Notes: a model not told the origin generated them from the sequence alone. DNA of 64,000 nt from an uncultured delta proteobacterium (GCA_963823335.1 CAWGLD010000004.1:192001-256000); one strand, 5' to 3'; positions 19,326-29,930 are shown, counted from the stretch's first letter. Numbers and translations: made by a program.

Positions 19326-19814
19326 CTACTTTTCCAGGGCCGTAAAACCGGATCGGGCCACCTCTAAAACCCTTCTATCACCGACATCCAGCAAAAATGC
19401 ATCTATCATTTGCCATGTCCCGGCAATCTGGGCAACGCACACGTCGTTATCTTGCCGGTCGAGAATGTCAAAGACGTGTGTGTCTTTGAGATGTTCGAGG
19501 AAAGTGTCATCGGCCAGTAATTTCACGATTGCCACCTCTCTCCAGAAGCTCCGATCGATGTCCAATTCCCGGGCTGAAATCACTTCGGTCATCTTTTCAA
19601 TCTGCTTGACCACCTGGCGCATATTGTGATCACTGTCCTCCCGCAGGGTCAGTGTCATGCGGCTGATGCCCGTCTGAGGGGTGGTACAGGCCGTGATGGT
19701 TTCAACATTATACATTTTTCGGCGGATGAGCATGGATATCTTGTTCAGAGCCCCCGAGCGGTTCAGCATAAAAATCAGGATGGCACGCCGTTTGGCCGGT
19801 ACTTCGGTTGTCAT
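19326..19814 (-). CDS. ilvN: acetolactate synthase small (regulatory) subunit
   Basis: ACT domain, RRKMYNVETIT, EVARSG; follows ilvB. Confidence 0.88.
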   Translation of the reverse strand: MTTEVPAKRRAILIFMLNRSGALNKISMLIRRKMYNVETITACTTPQTGISRMTLTLREDSDHNMRQVVKQIEKMTEVISARELDIDRSFWREVAIVKLLADDTFLEHLKDTHVFDILDRQDNDVCVAQIAGTWQMIDAFLLDVGDRRVLEVARSGFTALEK

Positions 19815-19828
19815 TGAAATCCTCCCAT

Positions 19829-21547
19829 CTAAGAAACGATCATGTCCTGAATCCCGCCACCTGCCGGTACCATGGGCAGAACAATTTCACTGGGATCGCA
19901 CAAAAATTCCACCATGTAGGCGCCTTTGTAATCGGCGGCTGTCTCGAGTGCTTCGAATATCTTATCCGGTTCCGATACCCTCTGATAGGGTATGCCATAA
20001 GCCTTGGCAATGCCCCCGAAATCAGGGTTTTTCATGGGTGTCCCGGCATAACGGCCATCGTAAAACATGGTTTGCCACTGCCGTACCATGCCCAGGTAAC
20101 CGTTGTTCATCAGCAGGATCTTGACATCGATGCCATGCTCCATAACAGCGCCCAGCTCCTGAATGTTCATCTGGAATCCACCGTCACCGCTGACAGACCA
20201 CACCCGCTCATCCGGGCGGGCCAACTTGACACCCAGGGCCATGGGTAATGCGCATCCCATGGTGCCGGCTCCACCGGATGTAAACCAGCTGTTCGGGGTC
20301 TGGAAATTGTAAAACCGCGCCAATATCATCTGGTGCTGACCGACATCCGAAACAATGATATCTTTACCCAGGGTCACCTGGGACAGTTTCGAAACGATGC
20401 TCTTCATTAACAACTGGCCTTCTTTACCGATAGCAGCGTCGATCTCTTTCTGCATGTCCGCTGCAATTTCAGATCGATAGCCATCGATCTGCTCGAACCA
20501 GGGCCGCCGAGGCATTGTCACAATTGCGTGTTCTCTGGCCAGCAGCTTCAGCGTCTCACCAATATCGGCATTGATCGACAGCGTTGTCTTCACATTTTTG
20601 TCGATTTCAGAGGGATCTATTTCGACGTGGATTACGCGGGCATCTACGGCAAACAGATCGAGGTTGCCGGTAACCCTGTCGTCAAAACGCATGCCGAAAG
20701 AGATAATGAGATCGGCGTTCAGCAACGCACGGTTAGCCTCTACCGTGCCGTGCATGCCGACCATACCCAGACTCAGGGAATGGTCCACCGGGATCGCCGA
20801 AAGTCCGTGCAGGGTAAATGCCACCGGGATACAGGCTTTTTCAGCAAACTGTCTAAGCCACGCCCCCGCATTGGTGGTGACAACACCGTGCCCGCAAAGG
20901 ATAATCGGTCTTTCGCTTTGATTGACCATGTTTACTGCCGTTTGGATCTTGGCTTTTTCGGGCGTCGGCGAATAAATAAAACCCGGAAGCTTCGGCTCAT
21001 AGGTCCGGGGATCAAAATGATACGCTGCATCTGTTTCCCGGGCCTGGATATCCTTGGGAATGTCCACAACCACTGGTCCGCCACGACCGGTCTGGGCCAC
21101 ATACATTGCCTCGTGGATGGTTTCTTCGATTTCATTCACGGACAAGGGCATGTAAGTCTGCTTGGTCAGCGGCATCATCACACCCACCACGTCACTTTCC
21201 TGGAAAGCGTCGGAAGCGATCACCCCGGTGGCAACCTGGCCTGTAATCGCCAGCAGGGGCACGGAATCCATGCCGGCGTCGGCAATCCCGGTCACAAGAT
21301 TCATGGCCCCGGGACCCGATGTTGCCATGCACACGCCGGTACGGGGGTGGGAGGTGCCTATGGATGCACGTGAAATACCCTGGGCCATGAAAGCCGCGCC
21401 CTGTTCATGACGCGACATGATGAACGTGAAACATTTCTGCTTCTCCATTTCGTCAAATATGGGCATGATGGCACCACCGGTATAACCGAAAATATATTTG
21501 ACACCCTTGTCTCTCAGGGCCTTGAGCACCAGTTCCGAACCTTTCAT
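19829..21547 (-). CDS. ilvB: acetolactate synthase large subunit
   Basis: RHEQGA, TSGPGAMN, RFDDRVTG, GDGGFQMN, LGMVRQWQ. Confidence 0.97.
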   Translation of the reverse strand: MKGSELVLKALRDKGVKYIFGYTGGAIMPIFDEMEKQKCFTFIMSRHEQGAAFMAQGISRASIGTSHPRTGVCMATSGPGAMNLVTGIADAGMDSVPLLAITGQVATGVIASDAFQESDVVGVMMPLTKQTYMPLSVNEIEETIHEAMYVAQTGRGGPVVVDIPKDIQARETDAAYHFDPRTYEPKLPGFIYSPTPEKAKIQTAVNMVNQSERPIILCGHGVVTTNAGAWLRQFAEKACIPVAFTLHGLSAIPVDHSLSLGMVGMHGTVEANRALLNADLIISFGMRFDDRVTGNLDLFAVDARVIHVEIDPSEIDKNVKTTLSINADIGETLKLLAREHAIVTMPRRPWFEQIDGYRSEIAADMQKEIDAAIGKEGQLLMKSIVSKLSQVTLGKDIIVSDVGQHQMILARFYNFQTPNSWFTSGGAGTMGCALPMALGVKLARPDERVWSVSGDGGFQMNIQELGAVMEHGIDVKILLMNNGYLGMVRQWQTMFYDGRYAGTPMKNPDFGGIAKAYGIPYQRVSEPDKIFEALETAADYKGAYMVEFLCDPSEIVLPMVPAGGGIQDMIVS

Positions 21548-21672
21548 GATCTGTCGTATCCTCCCTTAAAAGGTACCCGACCCTGTTGGCAGGGGCCAGG
21601 TCTGATAATTCGATCCATCAGGGTTGACTTACTCCTTTTTGGTTACCATTTTATGCATGTTCAAACAACACA

Positions 21673-21802
21673 GTCAACTACCACCCGTGAAACGGGTGGC
21701 TTGCCTTTCCCCCAAAATGGGGGAAAGACAAAGGAAACGGCATGTATCAGTAAGTTCAGGTTCGGAACCGCGTGACGAGCACGCGGTTTGTAGAACAATC
21801 AA
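21673..21802 (+). mobile_element. ~130-bp structured element beginning GTCAACTACC and ending TCAA
   Basis: Hairpins ccacccgt-gaa-acgggtgg, ttccccc-aaaat-gggggaa, aaccgcgtg-acgag-cacgcggtt; second copy at 12322-12450. Confidence 0.75.
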
Positions 21803-21825
21803 CCTTAATACCGAAAAGAGTCAGC

Positions 21826-23238
21826 ATGGGAAAAACACTGTTCGAAAAAATCTGGAACAAACACAGGGTAAAGGAACTGCCGGATGGGTCGACCTTGATG
21901 TATATCGACCGTCATCTCGTCCACGAGGTTACCAGCCCCCAGGCCTTTGAGGGCATGCGACTTACAGGCCGCAGTGCCCGCTCGCCGCATCTGGCCTTTG
22001 CCACCATGGATCACAACGTTGCCACAACCGAGGATCGTTTCAACATTGAAGACCCGGTGTCCAGAAACCAGGTAGAGGCGCTCAGAAAAAACTGCGCTGA
22101 TTTTGGAATCAAACTTTTTGATATCGGTGATGACCACCAAGGCATCGTACATGTTATCGGACCTGAGATGGGAATCACACTTCCGGGATTCACCATCGTC
22201 TGCGGCGACTCCCACACATCAACTCACGGTGCCTTCGGCGCACTGGCCTTTGGTATCGGAACCTCTGAAGTTGAGCATGTCCTGGTAACACAGACACTGG
22301 TGCAACGCAAGCCCGGTACATTTAAAGTCGAGTTCAGCGGCCGTCTTGCACCGCATGTGTTTTCAAAAGACATGGTGCTGAAAATGATCGGCACCATTGG
22401 TACCGCCGGCGGATCCGGCTCTGTGATGGAATTCTGCGGTGAGGCGGTAAGCGCACTTTCCATGGAAGCACGCATGACCATGTGCAACATGAGCATCGAG
22501 GCCGGTGCCCGCGCCGGCATGATTGCCCCGGATGATACCACCTTCGCCTATATCACCAGCGGGGAACGCCCCTATGCACCCCGGGGAGAGAAGCTTGATC
22601 GCGCCCTGGCTTACTGGCGCACCCTCCCCAGTGATGCAGATGCAGTCTTCGACCGATCCCTTACCATCGATGTCGCCCGTATTGTACCTCAGGTTACCTG
22701 GGGAACCAACCCGGGAATGGTCATCGACATCGATCAACCCGTGCCTGAACCGGGTTATGCAGAGGGTTACAGCCGATCGGATGTAGAAAATGCTTTGGAC
22801 TATATGGGTCTGAAACCAGGCCTCAAAATGACCGAAGTTCCTGTGGACGTTGTCTTTATCGGCAGTTGCACCAACTCGCGTATTGAAGACCTGAGACAGG
22901 CTGCAAGCATACTGAATGGCCGGAAAAAAGCCGAGCATGTCGAACTGCTGGTGGTGCCCGGCTCACACCAGGTCCGCCTCCAGGCGGAGGCCGAAGGGCT
23001 GGACAAGATTTTTAAATCCGCCGGTGCCCAGTGGCGCCATGCAGGGTGCAGCATGTGCCTGGCCATGAACCCTGATCAACTAAAACCCCGACAGCGTGCA
23101 GCCTCCACATCAAACCGGAATTTCGAGGGTCGCCAGGGAAAAGACGGCCGTACACATCTGGTCAGCCCGGAAATGGCCGCCGCTGCAGCCGTAGCCGGCA
23201 GATTTGTTGATATCCGCCAATGGAAGGAATCATCATGA
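21826..23238 (+). CDS. leuC: 3-isopropylmalate dehydratase large subunit
   Basis: [48 protein letters not shown]. Confidence 0.98.
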   Translation: MGKTLFEKIWNKHRVKELPDGSTLMYIDRHLVHEVTSPQAFEGMRLTGRSARSPHLAFATMDHNVATTEDRFNIEDPVSRNQVEALRKNCADFGIKLFDIGDDHQGIVHVIGPEMGITLPGFTIVCGDSHTSTHGAFGALAFGIGTSEVEHVLVTQTLVQRKPGTFKVEFSGRLAPHVFSKDMVLKMIGTIGTAGGSGSVMEFCGEAVSALSMEARMTMCNMSIEAGARAGMIAPDDTTFAYITSGERPYAPRGEKLDRALAYWRTLPSDADAVFDRSLTIDVARIVPQVTWGTNPGMVIDIDQPVPEPGYAEGYSRSDVENALDYMGLKPGLKMTEVPVDVVFIGSCTNSRIEDLRQAASILNGRKKAEHVELLVVPGSHQVRLQAEAEGLDKIFKSAGAQWRHAGCSMCLAMNPDQLKPRQRAASTSNRNFEGRQGKDGRTHLVSPEMAAAAAVAGRFVDIRQWKESS

Positions 23239-23870
23239 AACCATTCACTACCCACACCGGCATTGTGGCCACACTCAACCGGGCCAATGTCGATACCGAT
23301 GCCATCATCCCCAAACAATTTCTAAAGTCCATCAAACGCACGGGTTATGGACCAAATGCTTTTTTCGACTGGCGCTATACCTCCGCCGGTGAATCCAACC
23401 CGGAATTTGAACTCAACCAGGAGCGTTTCAAAGGACGTTCCATCCTGGTGACCCGCAACAACTTTGGATGTGGCTCCAGCCGTGAGCATGCAGTCTGGGC
23501 GCTGGTCCAAGACGGCTATCGGGCGATCATCGCCCCGGTGAAAAAAATTGGAGAAAAAACGATACCGGCCTTTGCCGACATCTTTCGAATCAACGCCGCC
23601 AAGAACGGATTGCTGGTCATCGAATTGTCGGAGGATCAGGTGGATGAAATTTTTGGGCTTGTCGAGACGCACAGCGGCTTGAAAGCCACGCTAGATCTGA
23701 TGCAACAGCAATTTGTATTGCAGGCGGATCCAGCGCAAAAATTCAAATTTAAAATCGAACCCGGCACCAAAGAGCAGTTACTCAAAGGCATGGATGATAT
23801 TGCGCAGACACTGCAGTATGAAACCGACATCGCCCGATTTGAAGAAAGTCACGATCCCCTGGGGCCGTAA
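23235..23870 (+). CDS. leuD: 3-isopropylmalate dehydratase small subunit
   Basis: [25 protein letters not shown]. Confidence 0.97.
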   Translation: MKPFTTHTGIVATLNRANVDTDAIIPKQFLKSIKRTGYGPNAFFDWRYTSAGESNPEFELNQERFKGRSILVTRNNFGCGSSREHAVWALVQDGYRAIIAPVKKIGEKTIPAFADIFRINAAKNGLLVIELSEDQVDEIFGLVETHSGLKATLDLMQQQFVLQADPAQKFKFKIEPGTKEQLLKGMDDIAQTLQYETDIARFEESHDPLGP

Positions 23871-23872
23871 AA

Positions 23873-24345
23873 CGAATGAACGTCGAACATCCAACGTCCA
23901 ACATCGAATGATGAATATGAACTTAGCCTCCACCCGCAGAGCGGGTGGCTCAAGATACCCCTCGAAGGAGGCTATATAGAGGTTGTCAGAAAAACGTTCC
24001 GATTGAGGACCTTTTTTCTGCTACAACCCCTTATGCAGCTATCCTATTTTCAGAACATTATTATGACAAGCGGTATAATATCCAATGTCGAATATCGATT
24101 ACATGAATTTCGAAGTAATAGTTCCCAGCTTACAGAACAAAGGAAGATAGAGCGCAGCGATACAATACTTCATTATTCTACATTCCTTGTTCGACATTCG
24201 ATATTTTCCTTTTTTAATTTTCATCGGAGTTGATCCTTTTATGCTGTGGCGCCAGGATCCCAGAAAGCCTGGATGCTACTGTCCGCTGATTCCTGTCAGC
24301 CACCCTCCAACCCTTGTATCACCCTTGCACCCTTGAACCCTCAAT
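23873..24345. repeat. compound repeat region between leuD and ilvD (7-mer and 8-mer arrays with inserted elements)
   Basis: gaacgtcgaacatccaacgtccaacatcgaat...; ttgttcgacattcgatatt; ccttgcacccttgaaccct; small palindrome agcctcc...ggaggct at about 23924-23973. Confidence 0.7.
23975..24077. mobile_element. ~100-bp MITE with TATA ends (IS630-like)
   Basis: TATAGAGGTTGTCA...TGACAAGCGGTATA; copy of 12217-12318. Confidence 0.65.
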
Positions 24346-26025
24346 TTACTCGTCGGTAACACATCCATCCGAAGCGGATTTCACATTCTTGATATATTTG
24401 TACAGCGTGCCCCGGTTCACCTTGTAGGGCGGTGCAGTCCATGCCTTGCGTCGGGTCGTGAGCTCTTTCTCGCTCAGATCAACGCTGATACTGTTACGGG
24501 CCGCATCGATTCTGATTTTGTCCCCATTGCACACCAACGCGACAGGGCCGCCCACCTGGGCTTCGGGTGTAATGTGACCAACGATAAATCCGTGTGATCC
24601 GCCGGAGAAGCGGCCGTCGGTCAGCAGGGCCACATGGTTTCCAAGACCGGCCCCCATGATGGCCGACGTGGGGGTCAGCATTTCCGGCATGCCCGGTCCG
24701 CCCTTAGGTCCTTCGTAGCGAATGATGATCACATCACCTTTTTTTATCTGGTTTTTCTGCAACGCCGCCAGCATCTGTTCTTCTGAATCAAAAACATTGG
24801 CCGGCCCGGTGAATGTGACACCTTCCTTACCGGTGATCTTGCCTACGGCGCCTTCCGGTGCCAGATTCCCCCTTAAAATCTGAATGTGCCCTCTTTTGTG
24901 AATCGGCCGCTCCAAGGTGCTGATGACCTTCTGCTCTTTGACCAGCCCCGCAGCGTCCTCCAGGTTTTCGGCCAGGGTTTTGCAAGTAACCGTCAGGCAG
25001 TCCCCGTGCAACATTCCTTTCCCAAGCAGATATTTCATCAGGGCGGGAATACCGCCCACATCGTCCAGATCTTCCTGCATATAACTGCCACTGGGTTTCA
25101 TATCAGCCAGCAACGGCACACGGTCACTGACGCGCTGGAAGTCGTCAATGCCCAAGTCAACCGACACGGCTCGCGCCATGGCAATCAAATGCAGTACAGC
25201 ATTGGTCGATCCCCCCAGGGCGGAGATGACGACCATGGCGTTTTCAAAAGCTTGACGGGTCATTATATCCCTGGGTTTGATATCTTTTTCCAGCAATCGC
25301 CGGATGGCCGTCCCAGCCTGGGCACACTCATCGATTTTATGCCGTGATTCAGCTGGACGACTGGCGCTGTAGGGCAGCGACATCCCCATGGCCTCAATCG
25401 CGGATGCCATGGTGTTGGCGGTGTACATACCCCCGCAGGCACCGGCACCCGGGCAGCTGTTCTTTACGATTGATTGGCGCTGTTGCTCGTCGATGGCGCC
25501 GCTGATAAACTGGCCATAACTTTGAAAAGCGGAAACGATGTCCACTTTTTGGTTTTCAAACAGTCCGGTCCTGATGGTGCCGCCATAGACCATCAACGCC
25601 GGTCTGTTCACCCGGCCCATGGCGATCAGACAACCCGGCATGTTCTTGTCACAACCCGGAAGGGCAATGTTGGCATCATACCACTGGGCATGCATGACCG
25701 TTTCAATGGAGTCGGCAATCAGGTCCCGCGACTGTAATGAGTAACTCATGCCCTCGGTCCCCATGGATATGCCGTCACTGACCCCGATGGTATTGAACCG
25801 CAGCCCCACTAGATCGGCCGCTTCTACACTTTCCTTGACTTTTGCGGACAGCTCATTGAGATGCATATTGCAAGGATTGCCTTCGTACCATACACTGCTG
25901 ATCCCAACCTGTGCTTTGGTCATGTCGGCATCGGTCAATCCAACGCCGTACAGCATGGCCTGAGACGCACCCTGTGACTTGGGTTCCGTAATACGTGAAC
26001 TGTATTTGTTCAATTTGTTAACCAT
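24346..26025 (-). CDS. ilvD: dihydroxy-acid dehydratase
   Basis: [40 protein letters not shown]. Confidence 0.97.
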   Translation of the reverse strand: MVNKLNKYSSRITEPKSQGASQAMLYGVGLTDADMTKAQVGISSVWYEGNPCNMHLNELSAKVKESVEAADLVGLRFNTIGVSDGISMGTEGMSYSLQSRDLIADSIETVMHAQWYDANIALPGCDKNMPGCLIAMGRVNRPALMVYGGTIRTGLFENQKVDIVSAFQSYGQFISGAIDEQQRQSIVKNSCPGAGACGGMYTANTMASAIEAMGMSLPYSASRPAESRHKIDECAQAGTAIRRLLEKDIKPRDIMTRQAFENAMVVISALGGSTNAVLHLIAMARAVSVDLGIDDFQRVSDRVPLLADMKPSGSYMQEDLDDVGGIPALMKYLLGKGMLHGDCLTVTCKTLAENLEDAAGLVKEQKVISTLERPIHKRGHIQILRGNLAPEGAVGKITGKEGVTFTGPANVFDSEEQMLAALQKNQIKKGDVIIIRYEGPKGGPGMPEMLTPTSAIMGAGLGNHVALLTDGRFSGGSHGFIVGHITPEAQVGGPVALVCNGDKIRIDAARNSISVDLSEKELTTRRKAWTAPPYKVNRGTLYKYIKNVKSASDGCVTDE

Positions 26026-26046
26026 TTGATACTATCCTTTATTTTG

Positions 26047-26153
26047 ATAGTTCTCAGCTTATGGAACAAAAGAAGATAGAGCGCAGCGATACAACACGTC
26101 AATATTCTACATTCCTTGTTCGATATTCATTATTCTCTTTTATTTTCACCGGA
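26047..26153 (+). repeat. ~105-bp direct repeat, partner at about 24118-24227, bracketing ilvD
   Basis: Shared atagttcYcagctta..gaacaaaRgaagatagagcgcagcgatacaa...tattctacattccttgttcga. Confidence 0.8.
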
Positions 26154-26301
26154 TCGGTAAATCAGAATAAGCTGGGTTTCCCTCAAACCCTGGACTCCTT
26201 GAATCCTTGAACCCTTTATTTTTTTGGTTCTTCTCCAATTTAGTTGGAGGAAAGGGCTCCAAAATTCGGGTCAAGAGAAATACAGCTCGGGCTATATCTT
26301 A

Positions 26302-26335
26302 TCGAAATCGCTATCGGGATCGGGATCGGGATCGA
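26302..26335 (+). repeat. TCGGGA hexamer array, 3' arm of the inverted repeat around the four-helix-bundle gene
   Basis: TCGAAA TCGCTA TCGGGA TCGGGA TCGGGA TCGA. Confidence 0.9.
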
Positions 26336-26336
26336 A

Positions 26337-26452
26337 TTGAAGAGTACCCTGCAGCAAGCTGCAGGGAATCTTCGCGGTAAGGATTTTATCTATTTGATTC
26401 GCTCGCTAACCCCGCAGCAAGCTACGGGGAATGCGCTCGCTATTGCCGTTCA
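26337..26452 (-). mobile_element. IS200/IS605-like palindromic element inserted in the 3' end of the four-helix-bundle gene
   Basis: Hairpins ccctgcagc-aa-gctgcaggg and ccccgcagc-aa-gctacgggg. Removing it restores the reading frame ...YGYTE-FDPDPDPDSDFDKI*. Confidence 0.8.
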
Positions 26453-26835
26453 GTATAGCCGTATTCCCCGAACCCTTCCTTTACGCTATAACCCCTGCCG
26501 CCCAATCGACTAAGCATTGCAGCAATGCGGTCCAATTCACCTTTGCGCTGCCGGCTTTCTACTTTATCCAAACCTTTTCCGACTACCAAGACATCTTGGA
26601 TTGCGGCACACTCCAATGCCGACCCACGCGCTATTTCGAAATATCGCCGCCGATCAGCCTTCGCTGTCTTACCGTTGCCTTCTGCAATATTAAGCGCAAT
26701 CGACTGGCTGGCTCGAAGCCACTGGTCTCTTGCTGAACGATGGACGCCTCTCAGCCTGGCACACTTTTCATAAACCCATGCGACATAGCCGATTGAAAGG
26801 CGGTAAACGTCTAATTTTTCATGACCTAATACCAT
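26440..26835 (-). CDS. four helix bundle protein (23S rRNA intervening-sequence family)
   Basis: MVLGHEKLDVY, DQWLRASQSIALNIAEGNG, YFEIARGSALEC. Confidence 0.92.
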   Translation of the reverse strand: MVLGHEKLDVYRLSIGYVAWVYEKCARLRGVHRSARDQWLRASQSIALNIAEGNGKTAKADRRRYFEIARGSALECAAIQDVLVVGKGLDKVESRQRKGELDRIAAMLSRLGGRGYSVKEGFGEYGYTERQ

Positions 26836-26836
26836 C

Positions 26837-26870
26837 TCGATCCCGATCCCGATAGCGATCCCGATTTCGA
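26837..26870 (-). repeat. TCGGGA hexamer array, 5' arm immediately before the start codon
   Basis: Minus strand reads TCGAAA TCGGGA TCGCTA TCGGGA TCGGGA TCGA, then G ATG. Confidence 0.9.
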
Positions 26871-26931
26871 CAAGGCTTCCACCAACAGCATTTCTACAAC
26901 AAATCGGGAGAAAAGCCATTTTTTTCAACTC

Positions 26932-27970
26932 TTATTGTTTTTCAAAGTCCTCAAAACGTTCCTCCGTCAGGGGGTGTGTGGACAAATAATTGATCCATTT
27001 TTCAGATGCCCTATCTGAAGCACCTGGCTTCCGGTTTTCGATCCTGCGCATTAACGAAGCAAAGCGAACCGGTAATATTCCATTGCTGCGCATGGCAGTC
27101 AAGGCATATGTGTCCGCCTCACTTTCGAATTTCCTGGAATATGCCAGTTCCGTCAACAGAACCGGCAAACCAAGAAACAGTTCCGATGACCCGGACACAT
27201 CCCCTGTCATGGCCAATAGAACAAATCCCAGAAGTGAGTCCTGGATCAATGTTCGCATACCATGCCGGTGGACAATATGCCCTGTTTCATGGAGCAGGAC
27301 GGCCGAGAGTTCATCGTCATGTTCGGCGATCTGAATCATTTCATCTGTAAACACGATGACGCCGCTGGGCAGGGCAAATGCATTGGGACCAGATTTCCCC
27401 ACCTTTTCTGAACACGATCTCCAACCCATGACCTGAGTGTGCCTCCAGCAGTGGCTGAAAGTGTTCCACCAGTCTCTTGCGGCTTATTTGATCCAGTTCC
27501 GTCGATTGAAAAATAGATCGATCCAGGATATCAAGTGTCTGATTGCTGGCAAAACGCAGCATGGAAGAAGGGAGTCTGTAGGCAATCGTTTTGGCAACCC
27601 AGGGAATCCCGTGGGACATACCAGCCCAGAGGATAAAAAGCAGCATAGCCAGGGCAAGCAGTACATAGCGCCAGTGACTCTCCAGTTTGTATAGAACCTC
27701 ACGCCACGTCGCTTTTGCAAATCGGGTCTCTATCCGGTCGACAGTCTCATTGTCGGCGGTCTCGAACTTTTCACCCCGGGGAAAAAGAAGATAACGCTGT
27801 GTATTGGCCAGTCTTGGAGATATCTCAATGTCAAAAAGCGGCCGGGTCAAAATCAGAACACCATCGCCTACCCGTTCGATGCGAAGGGCGCCGTTATCGT
27901 AAACGATGCACACAACATCTTCTGCGGCCGATGTTTTCCCATTATACCATTTGCCCTCGATAGAAATCAT
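26932..27970 (-). pseudogene. M48 family metallopeptidase with a one-base frameshift near 27391
   Basis: Frame 1 ends ...FRKGGEI; frame 2 continues GPNAFALPSG...HETGH...STHP. One extra T in GAAATC-T-GGTCCC. Confidence 0.8.
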
Positions 27971-29331
27971 AGACCAAAATCCATATCAAAAAAATCACCC
28001 ACCTCTTCACCAATGGCACTCACCTGCCGTTCCTCGTCGTCAATAAAACCCGCGAGGTCTCCGGAAGCCAGCAAGGCCATATGCTGAAATTTGTATTGAA
28101 CGGTTCTGACCTTTGCAAAGGGAAAGAACAGTCCCAGCGTAACCGCGACACCCAGGGAGTTGGTCAACACGAGCCTCATGTATTCGCCTGTTTTCAACCC
28201 GGCCTCAAACCGGTGATGGGACAGGCTGCTGGTGTTGAATAATAGATTGGTGGTTTTCACTGAAAAGTAAGCCAACAGGTAAAGGTAAAAAACCAGAAAT
28301 ACCAGGGCGGAAACAGGCGGCAGGAAAAAGGCGCCTAGTGTTATGAGGACAATGCCCATAAGAATCGGAACGAGGGCACCAAAATAGATTCGATAATATT
28401 CCCGTGCCGTTGCAGTATAGACAAAAGCGGTTCTACCATAAACGGTGTTTTCGACAATAAATTTCTTCTGACGAAAATAGACATAAGGAAAAAGAGCACC
28501 CAGGGTCAGGGTTGCTGCCAGCGGCCACAGAATGTATGCCTTTGCGGCGCCCATGATACTTCCCTTGAAACCGAATCGAACATTTCGAAAGGCACTGTTG
28601 CGCGAATTAAACACAAGCGACCGGACGATCAACCAGGGAAGAATCAGAATAAAAGCCAGACTCATGATACCGGAAACAAGCGGAAGCAAAGCAGACAACA
28701 CCGAGTAAAGAATAAAAAAGCCGACAACGATAAGGCGGCCTTTGAGAATCTTTACAGGATCGGCAAGATATTCAAAGCTGCTCCCAGAAAGCGTCGTATT
28801 CCCATAAAAATACCGTTTGCGTCTCACCTTGGCCCAGGCCGAGTAGATGCCGAGGGTGATGACCGACAATATAATGTTCACAAGCCAGATTTTAAAGTAT
28901 TCCGACCCCTTACCGCTGAATTCAAAGGGCACTCTGGAAAGCGCATCGCCACCCTGTTCAGATACCTGGTGGGCATCCCCCTCTTCCCCTGGAAGTGTCT
29001 GGTCTTTCATGGTCACATTTTCAGGGGGTTCAACGTCTTTCTCTGCACTTCCCCCAGCAGGAGGTATGGGCGGCACTTCTGTGGAACCGGGTTCTTTTTT
29101 GCTTCTGGTCAAGGTGACTTCCATCCCTATCTGTCTCAGGGCAGTTTCAAACTTTTTAGCGGAAATATCATCCGTGTTCTTTTTCAACGCTATTCCGCTG
29201 CTCTTGAGTATTTTCACGGCCTTTTCTTCACTGATTGAAAAAACCGCCATCAGTTTCGATTTTACGTCATCGATATTAAAACCCGGCCTAATTTTTCCAC
29301 GATAAACAACATCATAGCGTGCAGGTGTCAT
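27967..29331 (-). CDS. yjgN: YjgN / DUF898 membrane protein with N-terminal extension
   Basis: FEFSGKGSEYFKIWLVN, TLGIYSAWAKVR; usual pairing with an M48 peptidase. Confidence 0.88.
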   Translation of the reverse strand: MTPARYDVVYRGKIRPGFNIDDVKSKLMAVFSISEEKAVKILKSSGIALKKNTDDISAKKFETALRQIGMEVTLTRSKKEPGSTEVPPIPPAGGSAEKDVEPPENVTMKDQTLPGEEGDAHQVSEQGGDALSRVPFEFSGKGSEYFKIWLVNIILSVITLGIYSAWAKVRRKRYFYGNTTLSGSSFEYLADPVKILKGRLIVVGFFILYSVLSALLPLVSGIMSLAFILILPWLIVRSLVFNSRNSAFRNVRFGFKGSIMGAAKAYILWPLAATLTLGALFPYVYFRQKKFIVENTVYGRTAFVYTATAREYYRIYFGALVPILMGIVLITLGAFFLPPVSALVFLVFYLYLLAYFSVKTTNLLFNTSSLSHHRFEAGLKTGEYMRLVLTNSLGVAVTLGLFFPFAKVRTVQYKFQHMALLASGDLAGFIDDEERQVSAIGEEVGDFFDMDFGL

Positions 29332-29518
29332 GCCCCCTCCTCTCAGTATTCTGAACAAGATTGAACGGGTGAGATATCCTATGGATTGATCTATACCCCT
29401 TAACAGGGTCTCAGAACATAATCCAACATAATAAGCGCGTCGAAACTAAAAATATCACCCAAATATACATGACAGGAAAAACATGAACATCTCATCAAAG
29501 ACAGCCAACACGTGGTAG

Positions 29519-29611
29519 ATAGCTAAAGCCATAAGCTGTAAACTCTAAGCTGCTTACCGGCTATAGCTGATTGCCGACTCTTGCTGATTGCCGACAATTA
29601 ACTGATAGCTT
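29519..29611. repeat. degenerate 7-mer (AGCT-core) arrays
   Basis: agctaaagccataagctgtaaactctaagctg...ctatagctgattgccgac...ctgatagct. Similar tracts at about 36477, 38480 and 56697. Confidence 0.55.
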
Positions 29612-29619
29612 TAACCCAG
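29605..29619 (+). promoter_or_regulatory. degenerate regulon box (11/15 match) upstream of peptide 1
   Basis: ATAGCTTTAACCCAG, then 24 nt, then TTGATA at 29644. Confidence 0.55.
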
Positions 29620-29717
29620 TATAAAACCCCGATTCTGCTCTTATTGATATATGTTGGCCGATGCATATATTGTTTCTAAGCAAAAGATAATCATAACCAA
29701 CAAAAGGAGATACGGCC

Positions 29718-29855
29718 ATGACGAATACAACTGATTATGTCGAAAATGAAAAAGAAAGAGAAGAAGGACATGTCGACACCCGCAGCAAAAACTTTGAATG
29801 CGAAGACAAAGACCCCAACTTAGGGTGTGACCCGGGAATCGATGTTGCAGGATAA
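29718..29855 (+). CDS. 45-aa acidic C-x8-C peptide, copy 1 (not in the ORF track)
   Basis: MTNTTDYVENEKEREEGHVDTRSKNFECEDKDPNLGCDPGIDVAG; RBS AAGGAG; paralog at 36671. Confidence 0.88.
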   Translation: MTNTTDYVENEKEREEGHVDTRSKNFECEDKDPNLGCDPGIDVAG

Positions 29856-29900
29856 CCCAATCAACCCCATTGCCAAACCACCATTAATTCTGATTTAAGA

Positions 29901-29930
29901 CAAGGCAGGCCGCCATCCGGTCCTGCCTTG
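29901..29930 (+). terminator. hairpin after peptide 1
   Basis: caaggcagg...cctgccttg; weak U-tract. Confidence 0.55.

Noticed and set aside
21548-21825. Attenuator or leader peptide for ilvB/leuC
   Set aside because: No Leu/Ile/Val-rich leader ORF was found; the hairpins belong to an element repeated at 12322-12450.
26440-26835. Diversity-generating retroelement, suggested by the Avd-like fold
   Set aside because: No reverse transcriptase and no template/variable repeat pair with adenine-specific mismatches in the window.
26836-26928. N-terminal extension ...VEIGIAIGIGIE of the four-helix-bundle ORF
   Set aside because: It is read-through of the hexamer array; family-like sequence begins at the Met at 26835.
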